DNA of 64,000 bases from an uncultured delta proteobacterium. Its GTDB lineage: Bacteria > Myxococcota_A > Polyangia > Fen-1088. The stretch's first letter is position 1. Every line of letters begins with the position of its first letter. The stretch spans positions 1,120,001 through 1,184,000 of the forward strand of contig CAVYGB010000002.1 in NCBI GenBank assembly GCA_963767925.1, in the 5' to 3' direction. A program made the position numbers and the translations under genes. This document shows positions 48,334 through 59,841 of this stretch, in pieces. The notes under the pieces are model-generated. The model ran no database searches. It saw nothing but the letters and a program-made list of their open reading frames with translations, and had not been told where the DNA came from.

Positions 48334-49103
48334 CTACCAGCGCTGCGGAGGCTGCGGCTGGGTGGTGGCCGGCACCTGCGCGCCAGCGCCCCGTGCACCG
48401 GAGAACGCCCGGCCCTCGCGGGTCATGCTGTCGAGCACCTCGCCGGTGGTCTCGTCCACGTCGACGGTGATGTCGTCCACCTTGTTGACGAAGATAGTTG
48501 TAGAACCACACCGCGACGATGGCCACGGCGAGACCGACCGCCGTCGTCATGAGCGCCTCGGCGATACCGGCCGACACCGACGCCAGACCGCCGCCACCCT
48601 TCGAGGGGTCGGCCATCATCTGGAAGGCGGTGATGATACCGAACACCGTGCCGAAGAGACCGACGAACGGCGCCGACGACGACACGGTCGCCAGCACGGG
48701 GAGGCCCCGGCGCAGGTTGGACAGCTCGCGCTCCTTGACCCGCTCCATGCGTTCGGCTGGCGGTGTCGACCACGATCTCCAGCTCGGCCGCGTCGGTGGC
48801 TCTGGGCCCCAGGGCTTCTACGCCTCTGACGAATTCGCTGATGCCGGTGCCGATGACCTTGGCCACCGGGCTGCCCCGGAAGCGCTGCTCGAGGCCGACG
48901 GCCTCACGCAGGCGGCCGGTGGTGGCCACCAGCGGCTGCAAGGCACCGATGTAGCCGATCGACTGCAGGCGACCTTTGCGGAAGGTGAGCGCCCGCTCGA
49001 CGGTGATGCCTATCGAGTACATCGACATGATGAGCAGGATGATGACCACGCCACGAGCCACCCAGCCCATCTGGTTCCAGAGTCCTACCAGCGAAAAATC
49101 CAT
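48334..49103 (-). CDS. MotA/TolQ/ExbB protein with two apparent +1 frameshifts (~48750, ~48495)
   Basis: SSAPFVGLFGTVFGI, IAEALMTTA; removing two bases restores one ORF ending PPQRW. Confidence 0.85.
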
Positions 49104-49181
49104 GGTCCCTTCTCTCCTTATCTTTCTCGTGCGCGCGTGGGGCGTGTCCCAGGCCAGTCCCGGTACTCGACGACCCGATCA

Positions 49182-49881
<700 letters not shown>

Positions 49882-49919
49882 GGCCAGCTTCTCCTCGAAA
49901 CCCTTCTACTGAGGAAACC

Positions 49920-50930
49920 CTACGAACGCTTACGGCGAATCTTCTTGATTCGCACAGGCTTCTTGCCCTTGGCGGGCGCCGCCTTGGCCCCCTCGGCCTC
50001 CCGGGCCGCGATCTCGTCGGTCGCCTTGAGGACGTTCTCGGGCACCTTCATGTGCTGCGTCTCGAGGGACTTCCGGTACCACTTCATGGCCTCGTTGACC
50101 GACTTCTGCCAGTCCTCGGGGTACTCGAAGAAGGCGAACGACTTCTGCCGGTAGACCAGGTTGGCGTAGGTCATGGCCTGGTGGTACTTGGGCGAGAGGG
50201 CGACGGCCTTCTCCAGGTACTTCACGGCCTTGTCCGCCAGATCGACGCGCTGCTGGCTGACGATATCCCCGAAGCCGAAGGCGGGATGAACCTTAACTTC
50301 CCGGGGCTTGTTCGGGTCAGGTCTGGGATCGTGCGACGACTTCTCCGGTCCGCCGCCCTTCTGGAAGAGCTGGTTGTAGATGAACACGCCGGCCGCGTAC
50401 TGCGCCTCGTGATCGTTGCTCAGCAGCTCCGCCTTGCGGTCGTACCACTCCAGCGTCTCCTCGAGCTTGTTCGCCTTCGAGTAGACCTGGATGAGGCCGT
50501 TGACCGCCTCGATGTCCCGCGGGTTCTTCTGGAACCGGTCCTGGTACATCTTGGCCAGCTCGTCGAACTCGTCGTTGTCGAAGAGCGTCTGGACGTAGAG
50601 CATCTCGCCGCGCGGGTCCTGGGGCGCGAGCCCGCGGTAGCGGGTCAACGCGTCCTTGGCGCACTTCGCCGCGGCCGCGGTCTCGGGCGTCTTGGAGCCC
50701 GGGACGAGGATCTGCCGGCAGGTGTAGCCCTTGTTGAGCCAGAGCTGCGGCAGCTGCGGAACGAACTGCTCCGCTTGCTCGAATACCCCGATGGCCTCCT
50801 TGTATTGGCCGTCGCGGTAGTGGCGATTACCCTCCTGCACCAGTCGGCGGCCGCGAACTTCGCTGCAACCGGCGGAGGTGAGTAGAGCTGCGAGAAAAAG
50901 GAAAACCTTGCGTGGCGACCTTGCGCTCAT
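49920..50930 (-). CDS. TPR lipoprotein
   Basis: SAGC lipobox, TPR-like helices; heads the TonB-ExbBDD operon. Confidence 0.8.
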   Translation of the reverse strand: MSARSPRKVFLFLAALLTSAGCSEVRGRRLVQEGNRHYRDGQYKEAIGVFEQAEQFVPQLPQLWLNKGYTCRQILVPGSKTPETAAAAKCAKDALTRYRGLAPQDPRGEMLYVQTLFDNDEFDELAKMYQDRFQKNPRDIEAVNGLIQVYSKANKLEETLEWYDRKAELLSNDHEAQYAAGVFIYNQLFQKGGGPEKSSHDPRPDPNKPREVKVHPAFGFGDIVSQQRVDLADKAVKYLEKAVALSPKYHQAMTYANLVYRQKSFAFFEYPEDWQKSVNEAMKWYRKSLETQHMKVPENVLKATDEIAAREAEGAKAAPAKGKKPVRIKKIRRKRS

Positions 50931-51139
50931 GATCTCCGTGCCCGATAGCGGCGGTTTCGTTCCGACCTTTGTACGAAACTCGGAGGGAATTACATACAAC
51001 GCTCCTGTGCGGCGGCGCAAGCCACATATGGCCAAGAAAACCGGATCTGAAGCGACTCCACGCATGCTTTCGTTGCCGCCCGTTGCCGTCGACAAACCGA
51101 GTTCCCGATTGATTTCGACACCCGACCCGCTGGACGTGG

Positions 51140-52387
51140 CTAGTCAGGCAGCGTGCGCTCGAGCGAATAAACTTCGAGCTGTCCGCCGCCGCGACTGAAG
51201 CTCTTGTGCTTGCGCAGGACGGCGGCGTGACCACCCGCCGCGATCCATGTCGCCGGGCGGTCATCCATGGGGGCCCGCAGCAGCCGCTCGACCTTCGGCT
51301 GCAGCGTCCCTTTCCCCGCCGGTCCCTGGGCTCGCGCGGCATCGGGCACCACCCAGTACAGATCGAGATAGGAGGGATCCTTCTTGCGACGCGCTAGCGC
51401 CTCGGGGTGAAGGGGGTCGATCGCCATCGAGAACAGCAGGGCGTCGCTGCCCGGCAACTGCCGTTCCTGCAGCGTTGTGACGTCGTAGTAGCGCAGGGGC
51501 ACCGGCAGATCGAGGGGGCCGCGCCGGCCCTGGAAGTCGACCAGGTCGAAGATCGTCGCGTCGGGCGAGAGCACCGCGAACAGGCTGCGGCCGGGCAGCT
51601 TGCGGCGCAGGTCACTGGCGGCGGCCCAGGCGTAGCGGTCGCCGATCTCCGCCTCCCACTTCCACTGGCCGGTTGTGGCGTCCAGCACCGCCGCCCGGTC
51701 GGGCAGGCGGACGTCCCGCTCCTTGTCGTATTCGCCCGGACGCAGCCCGATGATCTCGGTGTAATTGTTCTGCCAGTCGACCGCGCGCATCGGCGGCTTC
51801 TGCAGCTCGCGCGCCTTGTTGATGATGTACGAGCTGGTCGGCCCCACCCGCGACAGCCCATCGAGCCGGTGGCGCGCCACCTGGATGACCTCGCCCTTGT
51901 CGGCCGCCGTCTTCGACAGGGCGACCAGGTAGGGCGTCCCCTCCTCCGAGGCCAGCCCGAAGTCGGCCATCGGACCGACCAGGCGGGCCGGCTTGCCCTC
52001 GGCGTCGAAGTACTGGGCCGAGCGACGGCCCGATCCGGCGTCGCGGCTGACCAGCACCACGCCCTTGCCGCCCGGCGCGATGGCCAGGCGCTCGAACTGA
52101 CGCTGGGGATCCCGCAGGGCGATCGCCTTGCGGGGCTTGCCCGACAGCAGGTCGATAAGATCGATGCGGGCGAACGACGCGGAGTCGGTCAGCAGGACGG
52201 CCAGCAGCCCCGACTCCGGGTCGAGGGCGAGGATGTCGTCCATGAAGCCCTTGTCGACCTTGATGGTGAAGCGGGCCTCGGCAGGCGGGCCGCCCGGTAC
52301 CGGCGGCGGATACTCCTCGGCCCATGCCGGGACGCTCCACCCTGCCAGCACGAGCGCGAGGACGCGAAGGAGGTTCGTTCTGCGCAT
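51140..52387 (-). CDS. exported hypothetical protein
   Basis: Signal peptide ending AWA, typical codon bias. Confidence 0.7.
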   Translation of the reverse strand: MRRTNLLRVLALVLAGWSVPAWAEEYPPPVPGGPPAEARFTIKVDKGFMDDILALDPESGLLAVLLTDSASFARIDLIDLLSGKPRKAIALRDPQRQFERLAIAPGGKGVVLVSRDAGSGRRSAQYFDAEGKPARLVGPMADFGLASEEGTPYLVALSKTAADKGEVIQVARHRLDGLSRVGPTSSYIINKARELQKPPMRAVDWQNNYTEIIGLRPGEYDKERDVRLPDRAAVLDATTGQWKWEAEIGDRYAWAAASDLRRKLPGRSLFAVLSPDATIFDLVDFQGRRGPLDLPVPLRYYDVTTLQERQLPGSDALLFSMAIDPLHPEALARRKKDPSYLDLYWVVPDAARAQGPAGKGTLQPKVERLLRAPMDDRPATWIAAGGHAAVLRKHKSFSRGGGQLEVYSLERTLPD

Positions 52388-52550
52388 GGCGGCGCGATTA
52401 TCGGATCTAAACGGAAAATACGCCAAACCCGGCCCGCCGCGCGGGGGGGGAGCCGCCCGGAGGCGACTCACGCGGGCGCCGTCGAGTTGGGCGCGAAGCG
52501 CGCGGGCGGTGCGGGGCCCCGGGGCGGTTCAACATTGTATAGTCCCGCGC

Positions 52551-53144
52551 ATGCGGCGCGCGAACGTCGAGCGCATAACCAAAGAAACCCAGATCCGGCT
52601 GACGCTGGAGCTCGATGGAACGGGGGTCCGGCAGATCGGCACGCCGCTGCCCTTCTTCAATCACATGCTCGAGACGGTCGCCCGTCACGGCCTGTTCGAC
52701 ATCGACCTGCACGCCCGCGGCGACGTGGAGGTCGACGGCCACCACACCGTGGAGGACGTCGGCATCTGCCTGGGCCAGGCCTTCAAGCAGGCGCTGGGGG
52801 AGAAGCGCGGGATCGCCCGCTTCGGGTCGGCCACCATCCCGATGGACGAGACCCTGTGCACCGGGGCGATCGACTTCGGCGGCCGGGCCGCCTTCGTCTA
52901 CCAGGCCGACCACCTCAAGAGCCGCTGGATCGGCGAGTTCGACGCCGAGCTGGCCCGCGAGTTCTTCGGGGGCTTCGCCAGCACCGCCCTGTGCAACCTT
53001 CACCTCGAGGTGCGCTACGGCGAAAACGCCCACCACATCGTCGAGGCTCTGTTCAAGGCCTTCGCCCGCGCCCTGCGGGCGGCGGTCACGATCGACCCGC
53101 GCGAGGCGGGCATCCCCTCGACAAAGGGGACGTTGACCGCGTGA
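52551..53144 (+). CDS. hisB: imidazoleglycerol-phosphate dehydratase
   Basis: RITKETQI, DGHHTVED, NAHHIVEALFKA. Confidence 0.97.
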   Translation: MRRANVERITKETQIRLTLELDGTGVRQIGTPLPFFNHMLETVARHGLFDIDLHARGDVEVDGHHTVEDVGICLGQAFKQALGEKRGIARFGSATIPMDETLCTGAIDFGGRAAFVYQADHLKSRWIGEFDAELAREFFGGFASTALCNLHLEVRYGENAHHIVEALFKAFARALRAAVTIDPREAGIPSTKGTLTA

Positions 53145-53776
53145 GCACCGCCTCGCCCCGCGTCGTGATCGTCGATACCGGCAGCGGCAATCTGCGCAGC
53201 GTGGAGAAGGCGGTCACCGTCGCCGGCGGGCGGGCCCAGGTGTCGGCCGACCCCGCCGCGGTGGCCGGCGCCGACAAGGTCGTGGTCCCCGGCCAGGGCG
53301 CCTTCGGCGGCTGCGTGGCCGGCCTGGCGCGCGAGGGCGGGGCCCTGCGCCAGGCGGTGCTCGAGGCGATCGGCGCCGGCAAGGGTTACCTCGGCATCTG
53401 CCTGGGCCTGCAGGTCCTGTTCGAGGGGAGCGACGAGCAGCCCGACTGCGCCGGCCTGGGGGTGTTGCCCGGACGGGTCGAGCAGTTCCGGGTGCCGCTC
53501 CCCCTCAAGGTGCCGCACATGGGCTGGAACGCCTGCCTGCGCGGCCCCGCCGGCGACAGCGCCACCTTGCGGGAGACGCCGGACGGCGCCTACTTCTACT
53601 TCGTGCACAGTTATTACCCGGCCCCTGCCCGCGCCAGCGACGTGGCCCTCTGGTCCGACCACGGCGGGCGCTTCTGCGCCGCCGTCGCCCGCGACAACAT
53701 CTTTGCCTGTCAGTTCCATCCGGAAAAGAGCCAGGCCGCGGGGCTGTCGCTGCTCCGCCGGTTCCTGAGCGCGTGA
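53141..53776 (+). CDS. hisH: IGP synthase glutaminase subunit
   Basis: GNLRSV, GICLGLQ, PHMGWN, QFHPEKS. Confidence 0.97.
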   Translation: MSTASPRVVIVDTGSGNLRSVEKAVTVAGGRAQVSADPAAVAGADKVVVPGQGAFGGCVAGLAREGGALRQAVLEAIGAGKGYLGICLGLQVLFEGSDEQPDCAGLGVLPGRVEQFRVPLPLKVPHMGWNACLRGPAGDSATLRETPDGAYFYFVHSYYPAPARASDVALWSDHGGRFCAAVARDNIFACQFHPEKSQAAGLSLLRRFLSA

Positions 53777-53810
53777 GCGGCGACGTCATCCGAGTTTGAG
53801 TGGGTTTCAA

Positions 53811-54548
53811 ATGCTGGTATTTCCTGCCATCGATCTTCTAGGGGGCCAGGCGGTGCGCCTCGAGCAAGGGCGGCGCGAGAGCGCCAAGGTCTACTCGCGC
53901 GATCCGGCGGCGCTGGCCGAATCTTTCCACGCCGCCGGGGCCACCCGGCTGCACGTCGTCGACCTCGACGCCGCCTTCTCCGCCGGCCGGGAGAACAACC
54001 ACGAGACCATCGCCGGGATCGTGAAGGCCTCCCCCGCCGAGGTGGAGGTGGGCGGGGGCCTGCGCTCGGTCGCCGACTGCGAGCGGCTGTTCGCCCTCGG
54101 CGCCCGCTACGCCGTGCTGGGGACGGCGGCCATCAAGTCCCCGGCGGTGATGGCCGAAGTGTGCGGCCGCTTCCCGGGCCGGATCATCGTGGCGGTCGAC
54201 GCCCGGGGAGGTTTGGTGGCGGTCGAAGGCTGGCAGGAGAGCTCCACGGTCGAGGCGGTCGTGCTGGCCGAGTCGGCCGCCAAGGCCGGGGCGGCGGCGG
54301 TCCTCTACACCGACATCACCCGGGACGGCATGCAGTCGGGACCGGACCTCGAGGCCACCGCCCGCCTGGTGCAGCGGCTGGCCGGCAGCGCCTGCACGGT
54401 GATCGCCTCGGGCGGTGTGGCCCAGCTCTCCGACCTCGAGCGCACCCGGGCCAGCGGCGCCGCGGCGGTGATCGTGGGACGGGCCATCTACGAGCGGGCC
54501 TTCACGGTGGAGGAAGCGATCGCCCGGGCCTCGGGACGGCCGGCCTGA
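53811..54548 (+). CDS. hisA: ProFAR isomerase
   Basis: [26 protein letters not shown]. Confidence 0.96.
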   Translation: MLVFPAIDLLGGQAVRLEQGRRESAKVYSRDPAALAESFHAAGATRLHVVDLDAAFSAGRENNHETIAGIVKASPAEVEVGGGLRSVADCERLFALGARYAVLGTAAIKSPAVMAEVCGRFPGRIIVAVDARGGLVAVEGWQESSTVEAVVLAESAAKAGAAAVLYTDITRDGMQSGPDLEATARLVQRLAGSACTVIASGGVAQLSDLERTRASGAAAVIVGRAIYERAFTVEEAIARASGRPA

Positions 54549-55339
54549 TGCTGGCCCGGCGGATCATCCCCTGCCTCGACGTCGACGGCGGGCGGGTCAA
54601 GAAGGGCGTCCGCTTCCAGGAGCTGCGCGACGCCGGTGACCCGGTGGAGGTGGCCGCAACCTACGACCGGCAGGGGGCCGACGAGATCTGCTTTCTCGAC
54701 ATCTCCGCCTCCTCCGACGGGCGGGCCACCACCCTCGACGTCGTGCGGGCCACCGCCGAGCAGGTGTTCCTGCCCCTCACCGTGGGCGGGGGCGTGCGCA
54801 CCGTCGAGGACGTGCGCACGTTGCTGCGGGCGGGGGCCGACAAGGCGGGCATCAACACCGCGGCGGTGGCCGATCCGGAGCTGGTGCGCCGGGCGGCCGA
54901 CGCCTTCGGCAACCAGGCCATCGTCGTGGCGGTGGACGCCCGCCGCCGGCGCGACCGCGAGGAGCTGGCCTGGGAGGTGTACACCCACGGCGGGCGGCGC
55001 CCGACCGATCTCGACGCGGTAGCCTGGTGCGTGCGCATGGCCGAGCTGGGGGCGGGCGAGATCCTGCTGACCAGCATGGACCGCGACGGCACCCGCGACG
55101 GGTTCGACCTCGAGCTGACCCGCCAGGTGGCCGACCGGGTGCCCATCCCGGTCATCGCCTCGGGCGGGGTGGGCAACCTGCAGCACCTCTACGAGGGGAT
55201 CGCCCAGGGCGGCGCCGACGCCGTGCTGGCCGCCTCGATCTTCCACTTCGGCGAGCACACCGTGCAGCAGGCCCGGGACTACCTGCGCGACCGGGGGGTG
55301 CCGGTGCGGGTGATGCCCCCGGCGGAGGCCAGCCGATGA
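54548..55339 (+). CDS. hisF: IGP synthase cyclase subunit
   Basis: [25 protein letters not shown]. Confidence 0.97.
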   Translation: MLARRIIPCLDVDGGRVKKGVRFQELRDAGDPVEVAATYDRQGADEICFLDISASSDGRATTLDVVRATAEQVFLPLTVGGGVRTVEDVRTLLRAGADKAGINTAAVADPELVRRAADAFGNQAIVVAVDARRRRDREELAWEVYTHGGRRPTDLDAVAWCVRMAELGAGEILLTSMDRDGTRDGFDLELTRQVADRVPIPVIASGGVGNLQHLYEGIAQGGADAVLAASIFHFGEHTVQQARDYLRDRGVPVRVMPPAEASR

Positions 55340-56082
55340 GCGCCGATCCGGGCGCCCCGGAGGAGATCGCCACCGACGTCGAGCGCTTCCTGGCGGCGGT
55401 GAAGCTCGACCGCGACGGCCTGGTGCCGGCCATCGCCCAGGACGCCGCCACCGGCGTCGTGCGGATGATGGCCTGGGCCAACGCCGAGGCGCTGCGGGCC
55501 ACCTTCGCCGACCGGCTCGCCACCTTCTGGAGCCGGTCGCGCCAGCAGCTCTGGCGCAAGGGCGCCGAGAGCGGCCACCTCATGCCGGTGCGCGAGGTGC
55601 GGCTCGACTGCGACGGCGACGCCGTGCTGTACCTGTGCGACCCGGTCGGCCCCTCCTGCCACACCGGCAAGACCTCCTGCTTTTACCGGGTGGCCGCCCC
55701 CACCACCGCGGCCGCTCCGCCGCAAGCGCCGGCCGCCCTGCGCGAGGACGACGGCCCCGGGGAGGCGCCGGCCGCGATCCTCTCGCGCCTGGCCGGCGTG
55801 ATCCGCGCCCGCCGCAGCGAGGCCCCCGACAAGTCCTACGTCGCCTCGCTGCTCGGCAAGGGCGTCCCCAAGATCAACGGCAAGATCCTCGAGGAGGCCC
55901 GGGAGGTCACCGAGGCGCTCAGCGAGGGCGACCGCCCCCACATCACCCACGAGGCGGCCGACGTGATCTTCCACCTCCTCGTCGGCCTCGAGGCCACCGG
56001 CGTCCCCCTCGACGACGTGTTCCGCGAGCTGCAGCGCCGCTTCGGCACCAGCGGCCACACCGAGAAGGCCGCCCGGGGCTGA
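55336..56082 (+). CDS. hisIE: bifunctional PR-AMP cyclohydrolase/PR-ATP pyrophosphatase
   Basis: WSRSR..LWRKG, DCDGD, CHTG..SCF, then KILEEA..EAAD. Confidence 0.95.
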   Translation: MSADPGAPEEIATDVERFLAAVKLDRDGLVPAIAQDAATGVVRMMAWANAEALRATFADRLATFWSRSRQQLWRKGAESGHLMPVREVRLDCDGDAVLYLCDPVGPSCHTGKTSCFYRVAAPTTAAAPPQAPAALREDDGPGEAPAAILSRLAGVIRARRSEAPDKSYVASLLGKGVPKINGKILEEAREVTEALSEGDRPHITHEAADVIFHLLVGLEATGVPLDDVFRELQRRFGTSGHTEKAARG

Positions 56083-56114
56083 ACCGGCCCCGGCGCTGAG
56101 GTACCGCCCGGGCC

Positions 56115-58145
56115 ATGCTGCTGGAAGACGCCGTCGTCGACGTGCTGGGCCCGGGCGGGGCGCTGTCCGCGGAGATCGTCGGGTACGAGTCGCGGCCGGG
56201 GCAGCTCGAGATGGCCCGGCGGGTGGCCCGGGCCATCGACGGAGACGAGCGCCTGCTGTGCGAGGCGGGGACTGGCACCGGCAAGACCCTCGCCTACCTG
56301 GTGCCCGCCATCCTCTCGGGGCGCAAGGTGGTGGTGGCCACCGGGACCAAGACCCTGCAGGACCAGATCGCCCGCCTCGACCTGCCCCGGCTGCAGGCGG
56401 TGCTCGACGAGCGCTTCGACTTCCAGGTGATGAAGGGGCTCGGCAACTACGTGTGCTTGCGCCGGTTCCACGAGCACACCCGGCAGCAGCACCTGGGCCT
56501 CGGCGGCGCCGCCGACGAGGTGGCGCGGGTGGCGGCCTTCATCGAGACCTCGGCCAGCGGCGACCGGGCCGAGCTGGAGGCGGTGCCCGAGGACGCCCCC
56601 ATCTGGCGCGAGGTGACCGCCGCCCCGGAGCTGCGCCTGGGCAAGCGCTGCGAGTTCTACGAGCGCTGCTTCGTCACCCGCATGCGGCAGCGGGCCCAGG
56701 AGGCGCGGGTCGTGCTGGCCAACCACCACCTGTTCTTCGCCGACCTGGCCCTGCGCTCGCACTGGCCCGAGGCGCAGGTGTTGCCGCCTTACGAGGTGGT
56801 CATCTTCGACGAGGCCCACCAGATCGAGGAGGTGGCGACCGAGTTCTTCGGCCTGCACGTGTCGTCGCAGCGGCTGTTCGCCCTGGCCCGCGATCTGGGC
56901 CGCACCGGGACGCCGCCCGCGGCGGCGCCGCGGGTGAGCTCGCTGGCCCGCCGGCTACAAGTGGCCACCGACGCCCTGTCCGGCGCGATCCGCGATCGCC
57001 TGCCCGCGCCCCGGCCGGGGATGGACGAGGTGCGGGTGCCGGTGCCGGAAGATCTGTGGGCCGCGCGCGGCGCCGCCGCGCCGGTCGCCCGTTATCACGA
57101 GCTCGACACCGTGCTGGAGGAGTCCGAGCGCCTGTTCGCCAGCCTGGCCCAGGGGGAGAACCCGGGCCACTCGGTCTCGGCGGGGCCGAGCAGCGACGCC
57201 CCCTCGGCGGGCGAGGCGGCGGTGTTCGACGGGCTGTCGCGCCGGGCGGCCGGCCTGCGCGGCGAGCTCGGCGCGATGATCGATGGCGGCGTCGGGGCCA
57301 GCCGCAACCACGTCCGCTGGATCGCCGCGACCGTGCGCAACCTCAGCCTGCGCGCCTCCCCGGTCGCGGTGGCGCCGCTGCTGGCCACCGCCTTCCAGGC
57401 CCACCCCGGGCCCATCGTGTTCACCTCGGCCACCCTCACCACCGGGCAGGGCTTCCGCTACGTGCGCAACCGGCTGGGGCTGGACATCGACGCGGCCGAG
57501 GCGGTCTTCTCCTCGCCCTTTCGTTTCGAGCAGCAGGCGCTGCTGTATCTGGCCTGCGACCTGCCCGATCCCGGCAGCGACGGGTTCGCCGCCGCCGCCG
57601 CCGCCCGCATGGCCGAGCTGTGCGCGCTGTCGCGGGGGCGGGCCCTGCTGCTGCACACGAGCTTTCGCAACCTGCGGATCACCGAAGCGCACTTCCGGCG
57701 GGCGGCGGCCTTCCCCCTGCTGGTCCAGGGCGAGCGGCCGCGCCACGTGTTGCTGCGCGAGCTGCGCGAGCGGGTCGGCTCGGTGTTGCTGGCCACCCAG
57801 AGCTTCTGGGAGGGGGTGGACGTGCCCGGCGAGGCCCTGTCCCTGGTGGCGATGGACAAGCTGCCGTTCGCGGTGCCCGACGACCCGCTGACCGCCGCCC
57901 GCATCGCCTCGATCCGCGAGGAGGGGGGCGACCCCTTCGCCAGCTACCAGCTCCCCGGCGCGGGCCTCGCCCTCAAGCAGGGGTTCGGCCGGCTGATCCG
58001 CACGCGCCGCGATCGCGGGGTGGTGGCGATCCTCGACGGGCGCATCGCCCGCCGGCACTACGGAGCGATCTTGCTGAGCGCCCTGCCCCCCGCCTGCCCG
58101 CGCACCGAGAGCCTGGAAGACGTCGAGCAATTCTTCGCCAGATAG
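56115..58145 (+). CDS. DinG/YoaA family ATP-dependent helicase
   Basis: EAGTGTGKT, DEAH, SATL, FWEGVDVPG, QGFGRLIR. Confidence 0.93.
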   Translation: MLLEDAVVDVLGPGGALSAEIVGYESRPGQLEMARRVARAIDGDERLLCEAGTGTGKTLAYLVPAILSGRKVVVATGTKTLQDQIARLDLPRLQAVLDERFDFQVMKGLGNYVCLRRFHEHTRQQHLGLGGAADEVARVAAFIETSASGDRAELEAVPEDAPIWREVTAAPELRLGKRCEFYERCFVTRMRQRAQEARVVLANHHLFFADLALRSHWPEAQVLPPYEVVIFDEAHQIEEVATEFFGLHVSSQRLFALARDLGRTGTPPAAAPRVSSLARRLQVATDALSGAIRDRLPAPRPGMDEVRVPVPEDLWAARGAAAPVARYHELDTVLEESERLFASLAQGENPGHSVSAGPSSDAPSAGEAAVFDGLSRRAAGLRGELGAMIDGGVGASRNHVRWIAATVRNLSLRASPVAVAPLLATAFQAHPGPIVFTSATLTTGQGFRYVRNRLGLDIDAAEAVFSSPFRFEQQALLYLACDLPDPGSDGFAAAAAARMAELCALSRGRALLLHTSFRNLRITEAHFRRAAAFPLLVQGERPRHVLLRELRERVGSVLLATQSFWEGVDVPGEALSLVAMDKLPFAVPDDPLTAARIASIREEGGDPFASYQLPGAGLALKQGFGRLIRTRRDRGVVAILDGRIARRHYGAILLSALPPACPRTESLEDVEQFFAR

Positions 58146-58331
58146 ATCCGTGCGGGCGAAAACCAGCAGAGCAACGCGCGATGCTTTTGTTCCCGCGATT
58201 TAACATCGGTCAATAGTCGCCTGGCCCGATCGGGGCCCGCCCGATGGTCGGGGGTTGTCGCTGGTCAGCGCCCTCGATCCGCAACCTGTTGCTTGCTGTT
58301 CCCCGGTGGTGGGCGTAGAAACCAAACGTTC

Positions 58332-58736
58332 GTGAGGTCGGAAGCTGAAGCTGAGCAGGCCGAGCTCATGGCTCGCTATTGCGATGGCGAGTTAGAGGCA
58401 TTTCTCCGCCTTTATCAGATCACCGCGCCACGCATACTCACCTACCTGGCGACCTTGACCTCCGACGCGGTGCTGGCCAGGGACCTGCTGCAGGAGACCT
58501 TTTTGCGCCTGCACGAGCGGCGAAGCCACTACGTGCGCGGAGCCAACCCGGCGCCCTGGATCTCCACCCTGGCGCACGCCTGCTTCCTGCACCGGCAGAA
58601 GCGACTGCGGGCCGCGCGCCGCCGGGACCAGAAGCAAGAGCGCAAGCAGGACCACAAGCCCGATCGTGCGCACGTCCAGCCGGTGGTGCTGGCGGCGCCA
58701 ACGGTTCCGTTTCCGCAGGCGGAGAAGACCCGTTGA
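58332..58736 (+). CDS. ECF-like sigma factor, region 2 only
   Basis: ARDLLQETFLRLH..PAPWISTLA; no region-4 HTH before the stop. Confidence 0.65.
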   Translation: MRSEAEAEQAELMARYCDGELEAFLRLYQITAPRILTYLATLTSDAVLARDLLQETFLRLHERRSHYVRGANPAPWISTLAHACFLHRQKRLRAARRRDQKQERKQDHKPDRAHVQPVVLAAPTVPFPQAEKTR

Positions 58737-59416
58737 TCCGGAGGGACGCCCGGCTGGCGTCCGCCGAAGGGATGGCGCCGCCGCCAGGGCCTGTCCTGCT
58801 GGCCGCCCTCGAGGGCATGGGCGCCGTCCGCCCGCGCTCGCCCCGCAAGGCGCTGGCGGCCATCGTGGTGGTGGCCCTGGTTTACCCGGCCTTCTTGCTC
58901 TGGCAACTCGGGCCCCGAGCGGACGTCGGGCTGCTCTCGGTGGCCTGGGTGGTGGGCACCGCCGTGGCCTGGGCGGCCGTGACGGCCATGCTGCTGATCC
59001 GGGCGGTGTTGCCGCCCCCGGGAGAGGTGCTCCCCGATTCGCTGCGGGTCGGGCAGATCGCCGCCTGGTCGGCCGCCGCGCTGGTGCTGCTGGGGCTGGT
59101 GGCCACCGCGGAGGCGCCCGGCGCCACCAACCTGTCGACCTTCCTGCACGACTGGTGGGGCTGCACCTCGATCGGCCTGCGCATCGTCGTGCCGGTGCTG
59201 GCGGTGGGCGCGGGGGTGCTGCACGGCCTGCACCCGGTCGGCAGCGGCCGGATCGGCGCCGCGCTGGGCACCGCCGGCGGCGCCCTGGCCGGGCTGCTGC
59301 TGCACTTCGTGTGCGGCCTGAGCAGCGGCTTTCACGTCAGCCTCGCCCACGGCGGCGTCTCGGTCCTCGGCGCCCTCCTCGGCGCCGCCCTCCTCCGCCC
59401 CCTCCTCCGCGCCTGA
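58733..59416 (+). CDS. NrsF/DUF1109-like multi-TM anti-sigma factor
   Basis: About 6 TM segments, conserved-looking Cys and LHFVC...H..LAH; overlaps the sigma stop. Confidence 0.7.
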   Translation: MIRRDARLASAEGMAPPPGPVLLAALEGMGAVRPRSPRKALAAIVVVALVYPAFLLWQLGPRADVGLLSVAWVVGTAVAWAAVTAMLLIRAVLPPPGEVLPDSLRVGQIAAWSAAALVLLGLVATAEAPGATNLSTFLHDWWGCTSIGLRIVVPVLAVGAGVLHGLHPVGSGRIGAALGTAGGALAGLLLHFVCGLSSGFHVSLAHGGVSVLGALLGAALLRPLLRA

Positions 59417-59822
59417 CCCCTCACCCCTCCCTCTCCCCGCTGCCGCGGGGCGAGGGCGAACGATGGGCGGGCAGACTCGATCAGCTCCCGATCGGAGATC
59501 CTTCGCGGATTCGTGCGAGTTTTCCCCTCCCCGTTGCCCGTTCGCCCTCGCCCCGCCGCAGCGGCGAGAGGCAGCGAACGATGGGCGGGCAGACTCGATC
59601 AGCTCCCGATCGGAGATCCTTCGCGGATTCGTGCGAGTTTTCCCCTCCCCGTTGCCCGTTCGCCCTCGCCCCGCCGCAGCGGCGAGAGGCGGCGAACGAT
59701 GGGCGGGCAGACTCGATCAGCTCCCGATCGGAGATCCTTCGCGGATTCGTGCGAGTTTTCCCCTCCCCGTTGCCCGTTCGCCCTCGCCCCGCGGCAGCGG
59801 GGAGAGGGAGGGGTGAGGGGTC
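59415..59822. repeat. REP/MITE-like element, copy 3: perfect 48-bp terminal inverted repeats and 118-bp tandem units
   Basis: 59415-59462 is the reverse complement of 59775-59822; units start at 59461, 59579, 59697. Confidence 0.92.
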
Positions 59823-59841
59823 TGCGCGCGCGGCGAGCGGC

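Noticed and set aside
59461..59790. CRISPR array
   Set aside because: Whole 118-bp units repeat with no unique spacers; no cas genes
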